A DNA stretch of 64,000 nt, taken from positions 512,001 to 576,000 of the forward strand of contig CAWBMP010000005.1 in NCBI GenBank assembly GCA_963790025.1, given 5' to 3'. The stretch is from Nitrospirota bacterium. GTDB lineage: Bacteria > Nitrospirota > Thermodesulfovibrionia > Thermodesulfovibrionales > Dissulfurispiraceae. The notes beneath the pieces were generated by a model that saw only the letters and a program-made list of their open reading frames with translations, was not told where the DNA came from and searched no databases. The position numbers and the translations under genes are program-made. Shown in pieces: positions 58,195-64,000 of this stretch; the stretch's first letter is position 1, and every line of letters starts with the position of its first letter.

Positions 58195-60231
58195 ATGGCA
58201 AAATTGGAAGGTTTTACATTACTTGGTAACGTATCTCTGGGCAAACGAATTGCCCTTGTATGTGCTATTTCCGTACTCATTGTTTTTTTGGCAGGTGGCA
58301 TCATTACGTCGCTTGTCCTCGGTAAAAAGCTTTACCGGGAGTCGCTTGCCAGTATCACGAATCAGGCAAATATAATTTATGATATGGTGGCTTTTTTTGA
58401 CGAGACTGCACGCCGCAGTGCTGAAGAGACGTCCAACATCTTTATTTCAGAGGTTTCGGGTCCGGTGACTGTTAATCCGGCCAATATCATCAAAATTGGT
58501 TCGGCGGATACTCCGGAGATGAGGATCAATGGAAAGATCTTTAACCAGTCGTTTGGCGAAGTCGACAGGTTCACAAAGCTTACCAGCGGGGCCGTAGCTA
58601 CAATCTTTGCCAGGAAGGGTGATGACTTCTACCGTATTACGACATCTCTCAAAAAAGAGGATGGCTCCAGGGCAGTTGGAACGACCCTCGATAAAAAACA
58701 TCCCGCATATCCATTATTGCTCAAGGGTGAAATATATTTGGGTAAAGCAAAGCTCTTCGGGAAATATTATATGACAAAATATACTCCGATAAAGGATGCG
58801 TCCGGCAACGTAATAGGCTGCTATTTTGTAGGGCTGGACATCACCGACCAAATGCAGGGAATTGGTACCGTAATAAAGTCTATCAAGATCGGTGACAGCG
58901 GGTATTTTTTTGCGCTTAACGGGAAAGGGGACATGGAAATCCATCCGACCCTCGAAGGCAAGAACGTTATTGATATGAAAGACGCCGATGGCAAAGAGCT
59001 GTTCAAAGACATTATCGCAGCTAAGAAAGGAACTATCGATTACGATTGGAAAGACAAAGACGGTGTAGTGCGGGCGAAAACGGTTGCTTTTGTGTATTTC
59101 AAGAATTGGGACCTGTACATCTGCGCCAGTGCTTACGATAGCGAAGTCCGGGGAGGGGCGACGAAGACGAGAAATACATTGGTTGTTCTTATCCTCTTCG
59201 GCTCGGTGATCGTAAGTTTTGTCATTCTGGCCGCCACAAACAGGAGCCTTGCGGGGCTCAGGATTCTGGCTGAAAAGGTCCGCCTGATATCCAAAGGAGA
59301 CCTGACTGTCACGATAGAGTCGCATAAGAATGACGAGGTCGGCAAGATATCCAAAGATATGGCCGAAATGACCGGGAACCTTAAACGCATGGTCAGCGAT
59401 ATTAAAACGGCCTCCGAAAGCGTTGCCTCAGGCAGTGAACAGCTCAGTGCCAGCTCGGAAGAAATCTCGAGGACCCTGACAGACCAGTCGGGCAGGGCAA
59501 CGCAGATCGCTACCGCGGCAGATGAGATGTCTCAAACAATTATGGATGTGGCAAAGAACACCTCGAATATCGCTTCCGCGGTGACCGAAACAGCTAACAG
59601 GGCAAAGGAGGGCGCGGAAGTTGTCGAAAAGTCGGTAGCTGAAGCCAGAAATGTCACGGAAACTGTTGGCGCATCAGCGTCTGTCATACAAACCCTTGGT
59701 GAAAAATCCAAGGAGATAGGAGATATTATCGTCGTGATCAAAGACATTGCCGATCAGACCAATCTCCTTGCACTCAATGCTGCCATTGAAGCTGCGAGGG
59801 CTGGGGAACAAGGCCGGGGATTCGCTGTCGTTGCGGATGAAGTTCGCAAACTTGCGGAAAGGACTGGAACGGCAACTGCAAAAATCAACGAAATGATAAT
59901 GTCCATCCAGTCGGAAGTCGACTCTGCCGTATCGGCAATGAATAAAACCAGTGACCAGGTCGAGGTTGGGCTCCGATATTCGATTAAAGCCGGAGAGCAG
60001 CTGAACAGCATTGTGCAGAGTGTCAGTCAGCTTGAAGGCATGGCGCAGCAAATCGCTTCTGCCACTGAGGAGATGTCCACCACATCGGAAACCATCAGCG
60101 GAGATGTGCAGGGAGTTGCGAGCGCTTCCAAGGAAATCTCAGATGGTTCGGAACAGATAGCCCGATCGTCTTCGGAACTGGCGAACCTTGCCGGAAAACT
60201 CAAGATAATAGTAGAACAGTTCAAGATATAA
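58195..60231 (+). CDS. methyl-accepting chemotaxis protein with Cache sensor domains
   Basis: ATIF..RITTSL..RAVGT Cache, [30 protein letters not shown]. Confidence 0.95.
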   Translation: MAKLEGFTLLGNVSLGKRIALVCAISVLIVFLAGGIITSLVLGKKLYRESLASITNQANIIYDMVAFFDETARRSAEETSNIFISEVSGPVTVNPANIIKIGSADTPEMRINGKIFNQSFGEVDRFTKLTSGAVATIFARKGDDFYRITTSLKKEDGSRAVGTTLDKKHPAYPLLLKGEIYLGKAKLFGKYYMTKYTPIKDASGNVIGCYFVGLDITDQMQGIGTVIKSIKIGDSGYFFALNGKGDMEIHPTLEGKNVIDMKDADGKELFKDIIAAKKGTIDYDWKDKDGVVRAKTVAFVYFKNWDLYICASAYDSEVRGGATKTRNTLVVLILFGSVIVSFVILAATNRSLAGLRILAEKVRLISKGDLTVTIESHKNDEVGKISKDMAEMTGNLKRMVSDIKTASESVASGSEQLSASSEEISRTLTDQSGRATQIATAADEMSQTIMDVAKNTSNIASAVTETANRAKEGAEVVEKSVAEARNVTETVGASASVIQTLGEKSKEIGDIIVVIKDIADQTNLLALNAAIEAARAGEQGRGFAVVADEVRKLAERTGTATAKINEMIMSIQSEVDSAVSAMNKTSDQVEVGLRYSIKAGEQLNSIVQSVSQLEGMAQQIASATEEMSTTSETISGDVQGVASASKEISDGSEQIARSSSELANLAGKLKIIVEQFKI

Positions 60232-60269
60232 AAAAATCAGGTAGAGGTAAAGGTTGAGGTAAAGAACCT

Positions 60270-61088
60270 TTACCTCTGTTTTGTCTCCTGAAATATGCCG
60301 CTCAGAAACATGTTCAGTTCTTCCCAGGACTTCCTGTCTGCATCGGCATTGTAACCGAGGGGCAGGTTGTATTTCTTTGAATATGTATCGGCCTCAGGAT
60401 TCGTGAAGCCATGCATGGCGCCTGGATACGAGATGAAGCGGTAGTCAGCTCCGGCAGCTTTCATTTCCAGCTTGAATGCCTCAATCTGTTCAGTGGTAAT
60501 GAACTTGTCATCCGCCCCGTGCAGCACAAGTATTTTTGCCTTGACCGTGCCTGGTTGCGCTGGCTTGACCGGCGTAAGGCTTCCGTGGAAGCTTGCAACG
60601 CCTTTAAGGTCCACGCCCTGCCGCGCCATATTGAGGACGATACCGCCGCCGAAACAATAGCCGATGGCGGCAATACGGGCCGGATCGACGGTGGGCTGCT
60701 TTTTCAAATACTCCAGCGCGGCCATGAACCGTGTTTTTGCCACATCAAAATTCTTCATGAGCCCGGAAGAGAATTTTCCTGCATCTTCGGGATGCAAGGC
60801 CTGTCTGCCTTCGCCATACATATCTAAAGCGAGCGCCGTATAACCCAGTTCAGCCAGCATACGGGCGCGCATACGGGTATAGTCGTTAAGCCCCCACCAT
60901 TCGTGGACGACCAATACGCCCGGACGTCTTCCTCTTATGCTGTCGTCATAGGCCAGATAGCCCTTCATTCCTACACCGGAAGCGCTATACTCGACAACCA
61001 TCCCCTTGATTTGAGGACCGGCATATGCTATTTCTGACAGTATCATTGTCACGGCAATAACGAGCACACCTAAAGCGAATCGTTTCAT
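60270..61088 (-). CDS. dienelactone hydrolase family protein, exported
   Basis: HEWWGLN, GYCFGG, HGF. Confidence 0.92.
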   Translation of the reverse strand: MKRFALGVLVIAVTMILSEIAYAGPQIKGMVVEYSASGVGMKGYLAYDDSIRGRRPGVLVVHEWWGLNDYTRMRARMLAELGYTALALDMYGEGRQALHPEDAGKFSSGLMKNFDVAKTRFMAALEYLKKQPTVDPARIAAIGYCFGGGIVLNMARQGVDLKGVASFHGSLTPVKPAQPGTVKAKILVLHGADDKFITTEQIEAFKLEMKAAGADYRFISYPGAMHGFTNPEADTYSKKYNLPLGYNADADRKSWEELNMFLSGIFQETKQR

Positions 61089-61580
61089 GGGAGCCTCCCT
61101 TAATTGATAATTTTAAATTTTGAATCCTAAATATGAAATCAATGAAAAAATGCTTGATTTAACATTAATACTGGGTATCGCATTCTTCATTTTTTAATTA
61201 TATATCACATTTTTGAATCTGCTTCACATTATTTCCAAACCCGTACCCCTATAATAAGGCAGGGGGATATTATAGCCTTTCAAAATGTAAGGACGATCAT
61301 TACTTTTTTTAATGCTCTTCTGCCACTGCCTTGCTAAGCTCCTATAAAATACCATTATTCTAATGTCTTTTGAATATTATAGTTAATGGCATCGTATTTG
61401 CTTTCTTCCAACAGTGTGTTATCATAACAAGCGTCCCATTCAGAGTCAAATAAAGCATAGGCACAGGTAAAGGTAGAGTTAGAGGAAAAGCTATAAAGGA
61501 ATCTGTTTTATTTTCTTTATTTTCACTTAGCTTTAACCTCAACCTTTGCATTTACCTATGTTTTTAAGGAGGGTTGAGTT

Positions 61581-61667
61581 ATGTACGATGCAGCAATGGC
61601 AGGGCTTATTATTGTGCTCTTTGCAGCGGCATTGTCCTTTGTCAATGGCTGCTTAAAACTGAAGTAA
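61581..61667 (+). CDS. 28-aa hydrophobic peptide upstream of kdpF
   Basis: AAGGAGG RBS; MYDAAMAGLIIVLFAAALSFVNGCLKLK. Confidence 0.65.
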   Translation: MYDAAMAGLIIVLFAAALSFVNGCLKLK

Positions 61668-61679
61668 AAGAGGTGAAAG

Positions 61680-61760
61680 ATGGATATAGTTTTTCTTGTA
61701 ATTTCGATTGGGATATTTGTGTATTTGCTTTACACACTCATTAAAGCGGAGGAGTTCTAA
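61680..61760 (+). CDS. kdpF: K+-transporting ATPase subunit F
   Basis: MDIVFLVISIGIFVYLLYTLIKAEEF; stop overlaps the kdpA ATG. Confidence 0.85.
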   Translation: MDIVFLVISIGIFVYLLYTLIKAEEF

Positions 61761-63463
61761 TGACTATTCGTGACTATCTGGAGCTCGGCCTTTACATAGG
61801 GCTGATTTTTTTGGTAACCAAGCCTATGGGAATCTATCTGGAGCGGGTTTTTGACGGCGCTCCCCATCCCCTCGGTAGGGTCATGGGCTGGCTCGAACGG
61901 CTCATCTACCGGCTCGGAGGAATAGATCCCGATGAAGGGCAGCCCTGGACACGGTACACCCGTGATCTTTTGGCACTCAGTATTGTATCGTTATTCTTTA
62001 CCTATGCCATTCTGCGGCTTCAGCATCTTTTGCCGCTTAATCCTCAGAAATTCGCTCCGCTTTCGCCGGACTCGGCCTTTCAAATAGCGATTAGCTTCAC
62101 TACGAACACAAACTGGCAATTCTACACCGGGGAAAGCACAATGAGTTATCTTTCCCAAATGGTGGCGCTGGTAATACATAATTTCTTTTCCGCGGCGGTG
62201 GGTATCGCCGCTGCTGTCGCGGTTATCCGCGGGATTGCGTCTAAAGGGAAGGCGAGCCTCGGTAATTTCTGGGCCGATTTTGTCCGGTGCAATCTTTACA
62301 TATTATTGCCTATTTCCTTTATCTATGCCCTCTTTCTGGTTTCCCAGGGAGTTATACAGAACTTCAAACCGTACGTTGCCGCGACCACACTGGAAGGTGT
62401 CAAGCAGCTTATAGCCATGGGGCCTGCCGCCTCTCAGTTGTCGATAAAAATGTTGGGTACTAACGGGGGAGGGTTCTTTAATGCAAATGCCGCACACCCC
62501 TTTGAAAACCCCACCGCTCTCTCCAATTTTGTACAGATGTTCTCTATGTTTCTTATCCCCAGTGGGCTTGTCTACCTGTTGGGCAGGAAGGTGAACAGTA
62601 CAAAACATGCCTGGTCCGTATGGGCGGCGATGGCTATTCTGTTTATTGTCGGCATACTTGTCTGTGCCAACGCTGAATACCGCGGCAATCCGCTGCTCAC
62701 CCAACTCGGAAGCTCGTCGCATGTGAATATGGAAGGCAAGGAAGTGCGGTTCGGCATATTCGATTCAGCACTGTTCGCCACCATCACCACCGATGCTTCT
62801 TGTGGGGCCGTTAATGCGATGCATGACAGCTTCACTCCTCTTGGGGGGCTGGTCCCGCTTTTCAATATAAAGTTGGGTGAAATTATTTTCGGCGGGGTCG
62901 GAGCCGGGCTCTATGGCATGGTGCTCTTTATAGTGCTAACCATATTCATCTCAGGCCTGATGGTAGGCCGCACACCGGAGTACCAGGGTAAGAAGATCGA
63001 GGGACGCGAGGTCAAATATGCCATGCTGTCCTTAATTATGGGTGCTCTATCCATACTCGGATTCTCGGCGTGGGCCAGTCTCGACTACAGGGGACTCGCA
63101 GGGCTTTCCAATGCGGGCCCGCACGGTTTGTCCGAGATCTTGTACGCGTATGCTTCGGCTACCGGGAACAACGGGAGCGCTTTTGCAGGGTTGAACGGAA
63201 ACACCTTCTTCAACATAACCATGGGAATTGCCATGATGATGGGTCGCTTTTTCATGATGATACCGGTCCTGGCAATAGCAGGCTCCCTTGCTGAAAAAAA
63301 GATCCATCCTGAAGGGGAGGGGACGTTCCCTGCACATGGAGTTCTGTTTACCCTGCTTTTGATAGGCGTAATTATTATTGTGGGAGCGCTCACTTTTTTT
63401 CCGACACTGTCTTTGGGACCCATTGCAGAGCACTTTGAAATGCTCCGCGGAAAATTGTTTTAG
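61760..63463 (+). CDS. kdpA: K+-transporting ATPase subunit A
   Basis: SFTTNTNWQ, GTNGGGFF, NNGSAFAG. Confidence 0.97.
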   Translation: MTIRDYLELGLYIGLIFLVTKPMGIYLERVFDGAPHPLGRVMGWLERLIYRLGGIDPDEGQPWTRYTRDLLALSIVSLFFTYAILRLQHLLPLNPQKFAPLSPDSAFQIAISFTTNTNWQFYTGESTMSYLSQMVALVIHNFFSAAVGIAAAVAVIRGIASKGKASLGNFWADFVRCNLYILLPISFIYALFLVSQGVIQNFKPYVAATTLEGVKQLIAMGPAASQLSIKMLGTNGGGFFNANAAHPFENPTALSNFVQMFSMFLIPSGLVYLLGRKVNSTKHAWSVWAAMAILFIVGILVCANAEYRGNPLLTQLGSSSHVNMEGKEVRFGIFDSALFATITTDASCGAVNAMHDSFTPLGGLVPLFNIKLGEIIFGGVGAGLYGMVLFIVLTIFISGLMVGRTPEYQGKKIEGREVKYAMLSLIMGALSILGFSAWASLDYRGLAGLSNAGPHGLSEILYAYASATGNNGSAFAGLNGNTFFNITMGIAMMMGRFFMMIPVLAIAGSLAEKKIHPEGEGTFPAHGVLFTLLLIGVIIIVGALTFFPTLSLGPIAEHFEMLRGKLF

Positions 63464-63479
63464 GGGGGGTTGTATATAA

Positions 63480-64000
63480 ATGGCTAAGCCGTCGGCAGTA
63501 GCAGCATTTGAATCAAACATAATGCGCAAAGCGGTCCTGGATGCTTTAAAAAAGCTCAGTCCCGGGGTGCTTTATAAGAATCCAGTGATGTTTGTAGTTG
63601 AAATCGTGAGCGTTATGACCACGGTCTCTTTTTTCAGTGATCTGTTTTCAAACTCCGGCAATGCCCTATTTACCGGACAAATCAGCGCCTGGCTCTGGTT
63701 TACAGTCCTATTTGCAAATTTTGCAGAGGCCCTTGCAGAAGGCCGTGGAAAGGCCCAGGCTGAGACCTTGAGAAAGGCCCGGCGGGACACCCAGGCCGTT
63801 GTCCGGAAACCGGACGGAAGTACGGAGACAATCGCCTCCTCAATGCTTAAAAAAGGCGATATTGTGATAGTCAGCACCGGACAAGCTATTCCGGGCGACG
63901 GTACAGTGATAGACGGAGTGGCGCTGGTGGACGAATCAGCCATTACAGGTGAGTCTGCACCTGTGATCCGGGAAGCCGGGGGAGACCGCAGCGCAGTGAC
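63480..64000 (+). CDS. kdpB: K+-transporting ATPase subunit B (partial)
   Basis: KNPVMFVVE, FANFAEALAEGRGKAQA, DESAITGESAPVIREAGGDRSAV. Confidence 0.95.
   Translation, partial: MAKPSAVAAFESNIMRKAVLDALKKLSPGVLYKNPVMFVVEIVSVMTTVSFFSDLFSNSGNALFTGQISAWLWFTVLFANFAEALAEGRGKAQAETLRKARRDTQAVVRKPDGSTETIASSMLKKGDIVIVSTGQAIPGDGTVIDGVALVDESAITGESAPVIREAGGDRSAV

Overview
Gene-dense bacterial chromosomal window with no rRNA, tRNA, CRISPR or intact transposase. Gene content suggests an anaerobic Nitrospirota/Desulfobacterota-type organism (inference). Housekeeping genes include aroC, slt, zapAB, glgB, pilT/U, secA, murI, rph, ftsH, folP, pepN, a class A PBP, icd and kdpFAB, mixed with many signalling genes (MCPs, CheV, HDOD, GGDEF/EAL). 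The main hidden signal is a 92-codon ORF at 9454..9732 (-), missed by the ORF track because it has two in-frame UGA codons. Each UGA is followed by a SECIS-like hairpin resembling that of E. coli fdhF. It looks like a two-selenocysteine SbtA-type RiPP precursor, separated from an SbtM-type radical SAM/SPASM maturase gene by a chemoreceptor gene. The left end holds a probably sigma54-driven module: a Lon protease with an inserted receiver domain, TauE permeases, a tandem-duplicated 55-aa peptide and USPs. Also present are a double-cubane reductase/ATPase pair, a decaying signalling patch, a 183-bp MITE-like element and three families of intergenic inverted repeats.
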